Notes: generated from the letters alone by a model not told the origin. 64,000 nucleotides of DNA from Halobacteria archaeon (GCA_036733165.1 DAINBB010000003.1:7546-71545); one strand, 5' to 3'; positions 9,677 to 19,470 are shown, numbered from the stretch's first letter. Translations and numbers: made by a program.

Positions 9677-11443
9677 ATGGTGGTCATGATGCTCAATTAT
9701 TCTGGTGGTCTTAATTTTCATAGAATGGGCCTCTTCATTGGAATTATAGTCTTCTTTATCATGTTGATGCTGCCATCGTTTGGTTCCATGGATGACAGCA
9801 GCTATGATGTAATCTATGAAAAACTGCCGACAGATCTGAAGGAAAAAATATCCAGCGAGTTCGGTGATGTTAATGATGACAACTTTGATGATTTCTTGGA
9901 ATACTCCAAGTCCGTGGGTGTCTCGATATCAAAGACATCGGCGTCCTTCATCTCGGACCAGACCTACGATTCCCTCTCTTACAAATCGAACTATGCGGCG
10001 CCCATAAGCCTCTATGAGCTGATAAAGGGACAGAGCGAGGCACAGATGAAGGTCTTGGCGATCGCCCTTCTGATGGCGATATGGTGGATCACGGAGGCGA
10101 TACCCGTTTCTGTGACAGCCCTTCTTCCTGCCATGTTGCTTCCGTTCCTGGGCGTATGCCATTACAACGGCAACACATACCCTGGATACTTCTCTGCCTT
10201 TGAGCAATATGCCAATTACCTGATATTCCTTTTCCTTGGGGGATTCATAATCGCGGCGTCTATGAGGAAATGGGGTCTGGACAAGAGGATATCCCTCAAC
10301 ATACTTCGTGTATTTGGAACAAAACCTTCCAGGGTAGTGCTGGGATTCATGGTGGCCACAGCATTCTTGTCAATGTGGATATCCAACACCGCCACCGCGG
10401 CAATGATGATGCCTGTGGCGCTGGCGGTCCTGACGCAGGCCGGCCTAAAACCCGGCAAGAGCTCCTTTGGGTTCTGCCTCATGCTATCCATAGCCTATGC
10501 GGCGTCCATAGGCGGCATTGGCACGTTGATAGGCACGCCTCCCAACGGCATTGCGGTGGGATTCATTGCACAGTTCCAGGGAAAGGTGATAACATTCGCC
10601 GATTGGCTGAAGATAGGCCTGCCCATTGTAATAATATTTCTTCCGATAGCGTGGAGATACATAATATGGCGCTTTCCGCCCGAAGTTGAGGAGATATCCG
10701 GTGGCAAGGGAGTTATCAGGGAAAACCTGCGCAAACTTGGCAACCTCTCGACCGGTGAGAAGACGACCCTTTTCGTTTTCGTCCTCACTGCCGTCATGTG
10801 GGCCACAAGGTCATCCATAGTAATAGGCGACTTCACATTGCTGAAGGGATGGTCAACATGGTTTGGGGGATACTTTTCGTTCGTTCATGACAGCACGGTG
10901 TCCATCCTGGCGGTCATACTCCTGTTCCTATTGCCTGTCGGTGAGGGGAAGTTCACAATGGACTGGAGTACTGCAAGCAGATATGTTCCATGGGGCACAT
11001 TGATACTGTTCGGCGGGGGTCTCACACTTGGCAAGTCCATAGCTAACACCGGGCTTTCCTCCTGGTTCGCTTCGCATCTCACATCGTTTGGATCAGTGAA
11101 TATCGTCATCGTGCTGCTTGCCATAGCCATTATGAGCGTGCTTCTATCAGAGGTCACCTCGAACACTGCGACCACCTCCATGCTGATGCCTGTCATGTTC
11201 TCGCTTGGGGTGGCACTGAACAGGGATCCCGTGACATTCATGATAACATCCGCCGTGGCAACATCCATGGTGTTTTCCTTGCCTGTCGCGACTCCGCCCA
11301 ATGCAATAGTCTTTGGAACTGGTTATGTGGGCATCGACAGGATGGCCAAGAACGGCATACTTCTTGACTTTATTGGCATAATAATCTGGACGATTGTTGT
11401 GTATCTGGTGATAGGGACGCTATTCGGCATAATCGCTGTCTGA
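9677..11443 (+). CDS. DASS/SLC13-family anion (di/tricarboxylate or sulfate) symporter with an N-terminal approximately 130-aa extension
   Basis: Polytopic membrane protein with internal repeat. Motifs of the ArsB/NhaD/DASS superfamily: SNTATAAMMMPV and SNTATTSMLMPV re-entrant loops. Confidence 0.75.
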   Translation: MVVMMLNYSGGLNFHRMGLFIGIIVFFIMLMLPSFGSMDDSSYDVIYEKLPTDLKEKISSEFGDVNDDNFDDFLEYSKSVGVSISKTSASFISDQTYDSLSYKSNYAAPISLYELIKGQSEAQMKVLAIALLMAIWWITEAIPVSVTALLPAMLLPFLGVCHYNGNTYPGYFSAFEQYANYLIFLFLGGFIIAASMRKWGLDKRISLNILRVFGTKPSRVVLGFMVATAFLSMWISNTATAAMMMPVALAVLTQAGLKPGKSSFGFCLMLSIAYAASIGGIGTLIGTPPNGIAVGFIAQFQGKVITFADWLKIGLPIVIIFLPIAWRYIIWRFPPEVEEISGGKGVIRENLRKLGNLSTGEKTTLFVFVLTAVMWATRSSIVIGDFTLLKGWSTWFGGYFSFVHDSTVSILAVILLFLLPVGEGKFTMDWSTASRYVPWGTLILFGGGLTLGKSIANTGLSSWFASHLTSFGSVNIVIVLLAIAIMSVLLSEVTSNTATTSMLMPVMFSLGVALNRDPVTFMITSAVATSMVFSLPVATPPNAIVFGTGYVGIDRMAKNGILLDFIGIIIWTIVVYLVIGTLFGIIAV

Positions 11444-11477
11444 GAAATGGAGCAAGACAATGAAACAAGGGGAATCG

Positions 11478-11493
11478 GGTCGTTGTATCGACC
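11478..11493. terminator. GGTCG-ttgtat-CGACC hairpin followed by a T-rich tract between convergent genes
   Basis: 5-bp inverted repeat with a 6-nt loop at 11478-11493, then ttccgtccttttgag. Confidence 0.3.
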
Positions 11494-11509
11494 TTCCGTC
11501 CTTTTGAGT

Positions 11510-12514
11510 CTATGGCCGGTTGATGTTCCTATAAGGGCTTTGATAATCCTCTGGTTTTCTTATCCCTGTTATCATGTCCTTTGAGAAGTCAAAGAGCGTC
11601 CTTGACGAGCGAGTGTCCTTTATTGTCATTTTCCCATCGTCGGTGACCTTGCCGATGACACATGAACTGACGCTGCCGACATTGAACAGTTCTATGATGT
11701 CCTCGCTGTTGTCCTCATCACATGTCATGATGAAACCAAATCCCGGATACATCCTTATCCAATCTAGGAAGTCTATTCCATCCGGTCGGGGAACCGAGTC
11801 CAAATCCACAACGGCGCCAACGCGCGATGTTTCCAACAACATGCCTATGGTGCCCAGCAATCCCGGGTTCGATATGTCCTTGGCAGCTGTTGCCAGTCCA
11901 TCCTCGGCCACGGTGACCATCTTCTCCAGCCTGCCCACAACCTCTGTTGGGGACCTCATGCTTGTGGAGTCCCAGTTGAAGAAGTTCTTATGCCTCTCGC
12001 CTCCAAGGTCTATCGCCACGACGATGTCCTGGCCAGGCCTGGCATCGAACGATGTCAGTATGCTCTTTGCCTCGCCGACTATTGATACTGATAGCGACAT
12101 GGTGCTTGTATCGGGATGAAGATGTCCTCCTACCATCGGCACCTTGAACTTCTTGCATGCCATGTTTATGCCCTTGAGCACATCGTTGCACCCATCCGCC
12201 TCGGTCGTCGATAGGATGTTGGTCATGGCAAGCGGCCTCCCTCCCATTGCGTAGATATCGTTCACATTCGCCAACACGGCGCAATATCCCGCCCATATAG
12301 GGTCGTTCTCCATAAGCCTTTTCCATATGCCATCTGCCGCAAAAAGAAGATAATGGCCTTCATCGTCCTTGATGACAGCACTGTCGTCTCCGAAAGATAT
12401 TATCGTCTTGCCAAAGTCATCCACATCTGCGAAACAGTTCACAAGCTTGCATATGGGATTTTTCCTCAATACGCCATCATAGTTTCTCACGGCACTGATC
12501 ACGTCGTCCATCAA
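11510..12514 (-). CDS. AIR-synthase-related (PurM-superfamily) protein, ThiL/HypE-like fold
   Basis: FGDDSAVIKDDEGHYLLFAADGI motif (GDDxA of the PurM family); approximately 330 aa; sits 16 nt downstream of the ABC ATPase gene on the same strand. Confidence 0.55.
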   Translation of the reverse strand: MMDDVISAVRNYDGVLRKNPICKLVNCFADVDDFGKTIISFGDDSAVIKDDEGHYLLFAADGIWKRLMENDPIWAGYCAVLANVNDIYAMGGRPLAMTNILSTTEADGCNDVLKGINMACKKFKVPMVGGHLHPDTSTMSLSVSIVGEAKSILTSFDARPGQDIVVAIDLGGERHKNFFNWDSTSMRSPTEVVGRLEKMVTVAEDGLATAAKDISNPGLLGTIGMLLETSRVGAVVDLDSVPRPDGIDFLDWIRMYPGFGFIMTCDEDNSEDIIELFNVGSVSSCVIGKVTDDGKMTIKDTRSSRTLFDFSKDMITGIRKPEDYQSPYRNINRP

Positions 12515-12530
12515 CTTCCAACACCCGCTC

Positions 12531-13262
12531 TCATTCTATCTTAGATAAGATCTTCTTCCTAATGTTGATAAAATCGTTCGATGTCCTGTCCCTGGGTCTT
12601 GGGAGGTCTATGATAACCTCCGCATTGACCATGGTGGGCCTGGCTGTAAGGATAAGCACTCTGTCGGCCAGGTAAACGGCCTCGTCCACATTGTGCGTGA
12701 TGAATATTATCGTGTTCTGTCTCTTCTCCCATACCTTGATGAGTTCCCTTTGGAGCACGTTTCTCGTCTGTGCGTCCAGGGAAACGAAGGGTTCGTCCAT
12801 CAGCAGGAGCTCAGGCTCTATCACCAGGGCCCTGGATATGGCCACCCTCTTTTGCATGCCCCCCGACAGTTCCTTTGGATAGGAGTTCTCGAATCCCTTG
12901 AGCCCCATGAACTCTATCAGTTCCGAGACCTTCTTCTTTATCTCGTCCTTGGGCATTTTTGAAAGTTCAAGCCCAAGCGCTATGTTGTTGTATGCGGTTC
13001 TCCAAGGAAGTAGGGCATCGTCTTGGAAAACGAATCCTATCTTGTGGTCACTGCCGTCCTCCCACTCCATGGTACCGCTTGTGGGTTTCTCAAGACCAGC
13101 TATGATTCTCAGGAGGGTGGTCTTCCCGCATCCGCTGGGTCCTACTATGCAGAGAAACTCCTTGTCTTTCACAGTGAAGTTCATATCCCTGACAGCAGTT
13201 ACCTTGCTCTTTTTCTCGGATATGAACGTCTTCTCCAAGTCTTTGATACGTAGCTTTTCCAT
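12531..13262 (-). CDS. ABC transporter ATP-binding protein, nitrate/sulfonate/bicarbonate (TauB/SsuB) type
   Basis: Walker A GPSGCGKTT, signature LSGGMQKRVAISRAL, Walker B LLLMDEPF. Confidence 0.85.
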   Translation of the reverse strand: MEKLRIKDLEKTFISEKKSKVTAVRDMNFTVKDKEFLCIVGPSGCGKTTLLRIIAGLEKPTSGTMEWEDGSDHKIGFVFQDDALLPWRTAYNNIALGLELSKMPKDEIKKKVSELIEFMGLKGFENSYPKELSGGMQKRVAISRALVIEPELLLMDEPFVSLDAQTRNVLQRELIKVWEKRQNTIIFITHNVDEAVYLADRVLILTARPTMVNAEVIIDLPRPRDRTSNDFINIRKKILSKIE

Positions 13263-13270
13263 GGGGACAC

Positions 13271-14041
13271 CTACTGTTTAATCTCCCTCCAGGAGAAATA
13301 TCTCTTCTCGATCAGCTTGAAGCTTCTGTCAATGAGCAGTCCGATTATGCCTATGTATATGATACCTGAGATGATTATGGAGATCTGCCCTACGGTATTG
13401 GCCTGCCAGATAAGGTACCCAAGCCCTGAAGGGGCTATCCCAGGCATCATCTCTGCGGCCACGAGGCACATCCATGCTATTCCCATGCCGATCCTGAGCC
13501 CAGTGACAATGTATGGCGAGGAATGCGGGATCACTATCTTCCTCATTATGTCATAGTCGCTTGCATCAAAGGTCTTTGCGACCTCGATGTGCGATTTGCT
13601 TATGCTCTTGACGCCCTCGATGGTATTGACCAGTATCGGGAAGAATGCGCCAAGGAATATTATCATCACGGCGGACCTGAGACCAAGACCCAACCATGCC
13701 ATTATGAGGGGTATCCAGGCAAGTGGTGGGATCGGCCTAAGCACCTCCACGATATAATCAAAGAGGTCCCCAAGGTACTTCGACCATCCCATCCCGACTC
13801 CGAGGGGGATGGCTATCAGGCATGCGAGTCCGAATCCCAGCACTACCCTCTTCAGCGAATAGTAGGTATTCTCTATCAAAGTGCCGGTTCCAAGAAGACT
13901 ATTGTTGGGATGGGTGACAATGGATAATATTTTTACAAGTTGAGGTAGTTTCCAAGGATTGTCGATAGACATCGCAATCAGTTCCCATCCTACCACTATA
14001 CAGATAGGCACTATCAGTTTAATGATCTTCCTGTTCATCAT
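13271..14041 (-). CDS. ABC transporter permease (TauC/SsuC-like, BPD inner-membrane component)
   Basis: Six predicted TM helices; conserved loop AAEMMPGIAPSGLGYLI. Operonic with the ATPase. Confidence 0.8.
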   Translation of the reverse strand: MMNRKIIKLIVPICIVVGWELIAMSIDNPWKLPQLVKILSIVTHPNNSLLGTGTLIENTYYSLKRVVLGFGLACLIAIPLGVGMGWSKYLGDLFDYIVEVLRPIPPLAWIPLIMAWLGLGLRSAVMIIFLGAFFPILVNTIEGVKSISKSHIEVAKTFDASDYDIMRKIVIPHSSPYIVTGLRIGMGIAWMCLVAAEMMPGIAPSGLGYLIWQANTVGQISIIISGIIYIGIIGLLIDRSFKLIEKRYFSWREIKQ

Positions 14042-14222
14042 AGCACCTTGACTATAGGATATATACTAAAATATATTATTATATAATATATTCTGGACCT
14101 TTCCCTGATAAAATCCATGACTACTTTCTGGCGTTTGTTTAAAAATCTTTCTTAAAATTATTTTATCTGTTTTAGGAATATTATTTACCCAAAAGTATAA
14201 ATAATTCTATTTTATACTACTT

Positions 14223-14756
14223 TTGTGTGTTTATATGACTTATATCGATGTCTTGAACTCTATAGCGATATCCCATGACAGGTTCATAGAGTCTCTTAAG
14301 AAGACGATATATGATGAACACCACATGTCCATATCCAGCTTCGCCGACTATTCCAAGATACCTAAGAGCACCTTGTATAAGATATTTGATGGAAACAGGG
14401 AACCTACCCTCAAGGCTGTGAGGGACATATTAAAATCCCTTAAAAGGTTGGAAGATGTGACAGACCAACCGTTCATTGCAGTAATAGCTGCCAGGTCAGT
14501 CCTTTCAATGTATTCCCGCAACACCATAAAGATAAATAACAAGGAATACACGATACGGGAATACTCTGCTGTCACGATGGACGATGCCATAATATCGGCC
14601 GTAAATGCCGAGAGGGGCGGGGCCTTGGCGATAGTGTGCGCCCCCATCGTGTCGCCTTCCATTGACAGATTGGTCAAGATCCCCGTAATCACCATGATGC
14701 CAAAGTTCGCGCTCGAGGACGCGATCAAGAGGGCTGCGAAAAAAATATCGGAATAA
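14223..14756 (+). CDS. Putative HTH-containing regulator (XRE-like helix-turn-helix plus uncharacterized C-terminal domain)
   Basis: SKIPKSTLYKIFDGNREPTLKAVRDILKSL resembles a Cro/C1 HTH. The likely start is ATG at 14235. Divergent from the ABC operon across an AT-rich spacer. Confidence 0.45.
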   Translation: MCVYMTYIDVLNSIAISHDRFIESLKKTIYDEHHMSISSFADYSKIPKSTLYKIFDGNREPTLKAVRDILKSLKRLEDVTDQPFIAVIAARSVLSMYSRNTIKINNKEYTIREYSAVTMDDAIISAVNAERGGALAIVCAPIVSPSIDRLVKIPVITMMPKFALEDAIKRAAKKISE

Positions 14757-14772
14757 TAAAATAAAAAAGGAA

Positions 14773-15972
14773 TTAGACCTTGTAGTCTATTCCTGATTCC
14801 TGCAAAGCGTATTTGATCATTACATCCTGTATTGCGCCTATCATCGGAACGCCGATCTTTACAGTATCCCCTTCAGCGTACATCTCCTTTATCCAGTCGA
14901 TGAACTCGTCCCAGTTGTCCGCCGGCACATCGTTTGCAACAACAACACCCGAACCCTCTGTCTGCACTGGGGAGATTATCTTGGCTGGCGAGCCCTGGTC
15001 AATGAACATGATCGCCGGTGGGGCGCCGATGATCGCATAATCGAGATTTCCCTGGCTTATCGCCGTCATCACTGCGGAACCTGCTGAGAACTCTATGACA
15101 TTGACATTCGCGACCAAGGTCTCGTTCACATACAACTGGTAATCTGTCCCAGTCCCTGGGTTATCTGAATACAGATATATGCCAACATTGTCCCTGAAGT
15201 ATTCCCAATCATAGGCTGCCACGAAGAGTGCTGCATCATGGTCCGATGGAAGATAACCGAAACTTACCGTGGGGACGTTCCCTGAGAACTCATCATCGAG
15301 GTAGTCCATGCTCGTTAGGCTTTCATAGGCATCGTTGTATAGGCCAAGCTCAAGCAGGGCATCCAGTAACTCGTCGCCGGAAAGGTCCACCAGTTTGTCG
15401 TTTATCATGTCTATCTCCTTAAGGGACTCAACGAAGAGCTCTATGCCATTCAGCCAATCCTCGGATGGTTCCGTGACAAACCTTATCGTCTCTATCGACA
15501 TCTCCTCGACGTCGTATGAGTTCACTATGATGTCTCCGAAGGCCAGGTCCTCGCCACCAAAGAGCCAGTCGGCACAATATGCCACCGTTTCCTCCGTATG
15601 AGTCTCAATGTAGGAATCTGCACTGATCATCAACATGGTGAGGTACTTGACTATATCATAGTCCTCTTCAATGAAACTGTCAGTGGATACAAGGCAGCAA
15701 CACGGATGATTGGTCCATTGTCCGTCTGGTGGAAGGTTCTCTGAATATGTAATGACCTTTCCAACCTCAGCGACCTCTGCCACAGACACCATAGGTTGCC
15801 AGGCGATATATGCATCCAATTGATCGTTCGCTAGGGCAGAGGGCATTGTTCCACACCCTGACATGTAGACGAGTTCCACCACAGGTGTATCGGTTTCCTC
15901 ATCTCCACCTATACAGCCCGAACAAACAATTCCAACCAGTATGATCAAACCAATCAATATCCTCTTTAGCAT
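14773..15972 (-). CDS. NMT1/SsuA/TauA-like substrate-binding lipoprotein with a long acidic insertion
   Basis: N-terminal signal with lipobox-like SGCIGG. SBP-like segments (AWQPMVSV; GNLDYAIIGAPPAIMFIDQG). Start moved to M17 (ATG 15970-15972) with GGTGA upstream. Confidence 0.55.
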   Translation of the reverse strand: MLKRILIGLIILVGIVCSGCIGGDEETDTPVVELVYMSGCGTMPSALANDQLDAYIAWQPMVSVAEVAEVGKVITYSENLPPDGQWTNHPCCCLVSTDSFIEEDYDIVKYLTMLMISADSYIETHTEETVAYCADWLFGGEDLAFGDIIVNSYDVEEMSIETIRFVTEPSEDWLNGIELFVESLKEIDMINDKLVDLSGDELLDALLELGLYNDAYESLTSMDYLDDEFSGNVPTVSFGYLPSDHDAALFVAAYDWEYFRDNVGIYLYSDNPGTGTDYQLYVNETLVANVNVIEFSAGSAVMTAISQGNLDYAIIGAPPAIMFIDQGSPAKIISPVQTEGSGVVVANDVPADNWDEFIDWIKEMYAEGDTVKIGVPMIGAIQDVMIKYALQESGIDYKV

Positions 15973-16302
15973 AAATTCACCAAAGATAACATCTAGCTGT
16001 GATTTATATATTTTTCCCATATATTCAAAATAAATTGTCTTTTAATATAAAATATTTTATAATAATATACCTTAAGGTATTATATTTATATATTTCATAC
16101 ATATTAATGATACAATTCAGCAATGTGCGACTATTGGGATGGACATTTCACACAGGCGGATATGTTACTCGCATCGTGCATAACGCCCTCATTTCACAGG
16201 AGTTATCACTAAAATGAATAAATGAGGATCATTAGGATCAACTTATCGGTCCCTGACAATACAATCCCCAAATGTTCCTGCTAAATAGTACATGAGGTCT
16301 GC

Positions 16303-16761
16303 TCAGAAGAATCTTATCTCATGGGCATGTTTGTAAATCTCCGTGAACGTGGAGACGTGGATCATGCCGATTCCTGACTTGACGCCATCTATCGTCTTGA
16401 TCTTCTCATTCACGAATCGTCCTATGGACCTCTCATCAGGACCGATTACTTCCATGACTATGTCGTGGTCACCGCCAGTGGTACCTATCATCGTTACCTC
16501 ATCGAACTTTGATATTTTGTCTGCCACTTCTTCTATCTTGTCAGGCTGTACTGTCAGGCCCACTATCTTGCATGCTGGATATCCTACCTTCTTGGGATCG
16601 ACTATTGCTGCAAATTTCAAGATTATTCCGTTCTCGACCATTTTTTTTACTCTGGAGTGAACGGTCGTTGAACCAACATCCAACATCTTTCCGATTTCAT
16701 AGTACGGCGTTTTATCGTTCTTCTGTAAGATTTCAAGGATTTTCTTGTCCAAATCATCCAT
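16303..16761 (-). CDS. lrp: Lrp/AsnC-family transcriptional regulator
   Basis: MDDLDKKILEILQKNDKTPYYEIGKMLDVGSTTVHSRVKKMVENGII HTH plus C-terminal RAM domain. Confidence 0.85.
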   Translation of the reverse strand: MDDLDKKILEILQKNDKTPYYEIGKMLDVGSTTVHSRVKKMVENGIILKFAAIVDPKKVGYPACKIVGLTVQPDKIEEVADKISKFDEVTMIGTTGGDHDIVMEVIGPDERSIGRFVNEKIKTIDGVKSGIGMIHVSTFTEIYKHAHEIRFF

Positions 16762-16959
16762 AACAGCACCAAAATATAGAATAATATATTTATATTTAAA
16801 CTTATTGGAGAAGATGGTACATTTTTGCTTGGTTTTGGAGGTATTTCCTATATTGTATCTTATTTTTTTCTTATGGAATGAGGTCCATTTTTATCTGAAT
16901 ATTATACTTACTTATCAGAAGATGCAAAGATATTTATACCGTTCCCATTTTTTATAGCC

Positions 16960-17988
16960 ATGGACGACATCTTCGTCTTCGGTGTTCCTCTCGATCCTGA
17001 TGAACGAGAGGAGACTGTCATAAAAAAGAACGACACCGCCTTGAGGGACAAGCTTGGAATGAAGGATCCCTATGCCGCCATAAGTGATAGGCTGCCATTC
17101 AGAAAAAACCTTATCGGCAACGCCCCCGTCGAGGGCTGGCTGACACCATGCCCCCCGGATGAGGAACTCTTCATGTGCACGGTTGAGAACTATGTGGCGT
17201 TCATTGATTGCGATGGGTGCTGGGAATACACAAAGGCCATAAAGGATTCCATGGGCTCCATGATAGGGGGCAACAGGTCCCTCATGATAGCTGTCGACCA
17301 CTCTGTCGCCTGCGCCTCGATGATGCATTCAGCGGAAATATATGGGAGGGATGACCTTGGGGTGATCATATTTGATAGTCATTTCGATGGCATCTTGCCA
17401 AGCTATAGGTGCGGCCTGATACAATACGACATCGATACAAATCCACGCTCCCCATTCGATCCGAACGACCCGTTCATCTTTGATAGGCCGGACAGCTTCA
17501 ATGCAGATTCGTTCCTGTTCAAGATGATAGATGACGGTTACCTGCTTCCGGAGAACATCACAGTCATAGGCGTGTCGGACTATCCTTCGAATAAATCCGA
17601 AAAGATAGACGACGAGAGGGTGGCACGGTATCTAGAATTTTATCATGGCTATGAGGAACGGGGGCTGAACATAATATCCAAGGACAGACTTAGGGCGAAC
17701 AAGAGACTATTTGACCTTTCACAGTTGGAAGCTGGCCATCTGCATGTGTCCATAGATGTGGACGTGGGTTCCAGAATGGCCCTTCACGGTGCCAGATTCA
17801 TAGATTACAAAGGGCTCTCGGAGAGAGAGATATTCTCTCTGTTGGAAAGCGTAAGGTCCTCGAACAAAAGGATCGTCAGTTCAGATATCAACGAGATGGA
17901 CGTTTGGAAGGCGGGCCAGATGTACTCGGGGAAAAAGGACAGGACATACGACATTGCCGTAAGGATGACCAACAGCTTATTTGGATAG
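16960..17988 (+). CDS. Arginase/agmatinase/formiminoglutamase-family (ureohydrolase fold) protein
   Basis: Mn-binding motif series: AVDHS, IFDSHFDG (DxHxD), SIDVDVGS (SxDxD). Confidence 0.6.
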   Translation: MDDIFVFGVPLDPDEREETVIKKNDTALRDKLGMKDPYAAISDRLPFRKNLIGNAPVEGWLTPCPPDEELFMCTVENYVAFIDCDGCWEYTKAIKDSMGSMIGGNRSLMIAVDHSVACASMMHSAEIYGRDDLGVIIFDSHFDGILPSYRCGLIQYDIDTNPRSPFDPNDPFIFDRPDSFNADSFLFKMIDDGYLLPENITVIGVSDYPSNKSEKIDDERVARYLEFYHGYEERGLNIISKDRLRANKRLFDLSQLEAGHLHVSIDVDVGSRMALHGARFIDYKGLSEREIFSLLESVRSSNKRIVSSDINEMDVWKAGQMYSGKKDRTYDIAVRMTNSLFG

Positions 17989-18064
17989 GTCATTCATATC
18001 CTTTCGTCAAATGCAAAGCAACTGGTCCGGATTAGCATAAATTATTTATCATATATATGCCATT

Positions 18065-18078
18065 ATGACATATGTCAT
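18065..18078. promoter_or_regulatory. Perfect 14-bp palindrome ATGACATATGTCAT overlapping the start codon of the 18072 gene
   Basis: Read directly from sequence; candidate operator. Confidence 0.4.
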
Positions 18079-18650
18079 ATGGACCCAAACCGAACTTCCA
18101 CGAATTTGATGTTATTAGAGCGTTGTACATCGTAGATACCAAGGGCCCCATAGGTAGACACCTCTTGAGGAAAGAGCTCGACATAACTGAATGTTCGGTG
18201 AGGACCATATTGAAAAAGTTGATCAGGGACGATTTCATCGGTTCGACCTCATCGGGCCAGGTGATCAGGAAGGAAGGCAAAAAGGAACTCTCTTCTTGGC
18301 ACTTCTTTGACAGGGCACGCTATATCGATGTGGGGAATCTAAGTCTTGGAGACCATGATTTCCTCATAATTGCCGATAATCTAAAGAGGGAGGTCACAAA
18401 CGGGCTGGACCAAAGGGATGAGGCGATAAAGATCGGTGGGGATGGCGCGACCATCCTATTATACAAGGATGGCAAGTTCCATATGCCCCCGGGTTTCATG
18501 GACCTTGAGGAGAACTATCCCGAGGAGGTCAAAAAGCTTCGTTCAACGTTGGACCTATCCGACGGCGACACGCTGATCATCGGCAGCGGGAAGACAAAGA
18601 GGCTGGCACAGCTCGCTGCGATGGCCGCCTTCAGTTCCCTGAAGGGTTAA
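18072..18650 (+). CDS. Archaeal winged-helix domain protein (DUF4443-like putative regulator)
   Basis: N-terminal wHTH-like segment IGRHLLRKELDITECSVRTILKKLIRDDFI. Confidence 0.4.
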   Translation: MSYGPKPNFHEFDVIRALYIVDTKGPIGRHLLRKELDITECSVRTILKKLIRDDFIGSTSSGQVIRKEGKKELSSWHFFDRARYIDVGNLSLGDHDFLIIADNLKREVTNGLDQRDEAIKIGGDGATILLYKDGKFHMPPGFMDLEENYPEEVKKLRSTLDLSDGDTLIIGSGKTKRLAQLAAMAAFSSLKG

Positions 18651-18925
18651 CCTGCGCCAGTGTTCTCGCTCATCTCGCCGCTCTGAATGGCCCTTTGGAG
18701 GTCTTCCTGCATCTCCTTTTGCTTGTCTATGTCCAGCTCTTTGATGGCCTCTTTCTTCGCCACGGGCTTGTCGGTCTTTTCAAGGTATTCCATATCATAA
18801 TAGAGGTCTGTTCCTTCAAGTAGGGCGAACATCCTGCCATCTATCTCCTTGATCTCGGAGACCTTGCCAACTGTTCCGGTATTTACATACCTTGCATAAT
18901 CACCTTGTTCAATCATCTGCATCAT
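18647..18925 (-). CDS. Small conserved archaeal hypothetical protein (KOW/SH3-like N-terminus, acidic C-tail)
   Basis: 92-aa ORF; 17-nt overlap with the upstream gene on the same strand. Confidence 0.4.
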   Translation of the reverse strand: MMQMIEQGDYARYVNTGTVGKVSEIKEIDGRMFALLEGTDLYYDMEYLEKTDKPVAKKEAIKELDIDKQKEMQEDLQRAIQSGEMSENTGAG

Positions 18926-19466
18926 ATCCGATGATGATTGTCCAGAAGTTCTCAGATGTGTTGGACAACTTTTTGAGGTATGCGTCCGCTGGAGGCGAAA
19001 CAGTTCCGCTGACCACGTTTCTTATCCCCTCCACATCATCCAGTTCTGGAAATGGCAATGGCGGCATCATGAAAAAGCATTTTCCCACCCTGGGCGTCTT
19101 CTTGTAGAGAACAAAGTCATTGCTGATGAACTGGACGTCATCCCTTTCCTTGAACTCTTCCATACGTTCCTCTGGTATCCATTCCCCCACCGTGTTGCCC
19201 ATCTCATCGACTATGAGGGTCCATGAGCAGGGGGGATTCCTGAAACCCTGTTCCATGTCTGCCACTATAAGTACCAGGTGTTTTCTTCCAAGGGAGTCCC
19301 ATACGCCCTTGTTCTTGAACTCCATCATGCCTCCTGCGGCACCGTTGTCCTCGGCCAGCTTTTCGAGCTTGGAGATATTTCTCTTGTCCTTGAGGTCAAG
19401 TTTCATGATCTTCAGGATCCCCGGGACCTCCAACAGCCTCTTTTCCACATTTTCGTAAATGTCCAT
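18909..19466 (-). CDS. Hypothetical protein, co-oriented immediately downstream of ksgA
   Basis: 185-aa ORF; 5-nt gap to ksgA; no recognisable motif. Confidence 0.4.
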   Translation of the reverse strand: MDIYENVEKRLLEVPGILKIMKLDLKDKRNISKLEKLAEDNGAAGGMMEFKNKGVWDSLGRKHLVLIVADMEQGFRNPPCSWTLIVDEMGNTVGEWIPEERMEEFKERDDVQFISNDFVLYKKTPRVGKCFFMMPPLPFPELDDVEGIRNVVSGTVSPPADAYLKKLSNTSENFWTIIIGYDADD

Positions 19467-19470
19467 GGTC

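Noticed and set aside
15999-16217. 72-aa plus-strand ORF in the AT-rich spacer upstream of the SBP gene
   Set aside because: Extremely low complexity (I/Y/L/F-rich), as expected from AT-rich DNA. It overlaps the SBP start.
15973-16302. Possible TPP or other riboswitch in the long 5' region of the NMT1-like SBP gene
   Set aside because: Neither strand contains the conserved TPP elements (CUGAGA, ACCUGAUCUGG) or other riboswitch cores I can recognise. Kept only as a repeated-motif finding.
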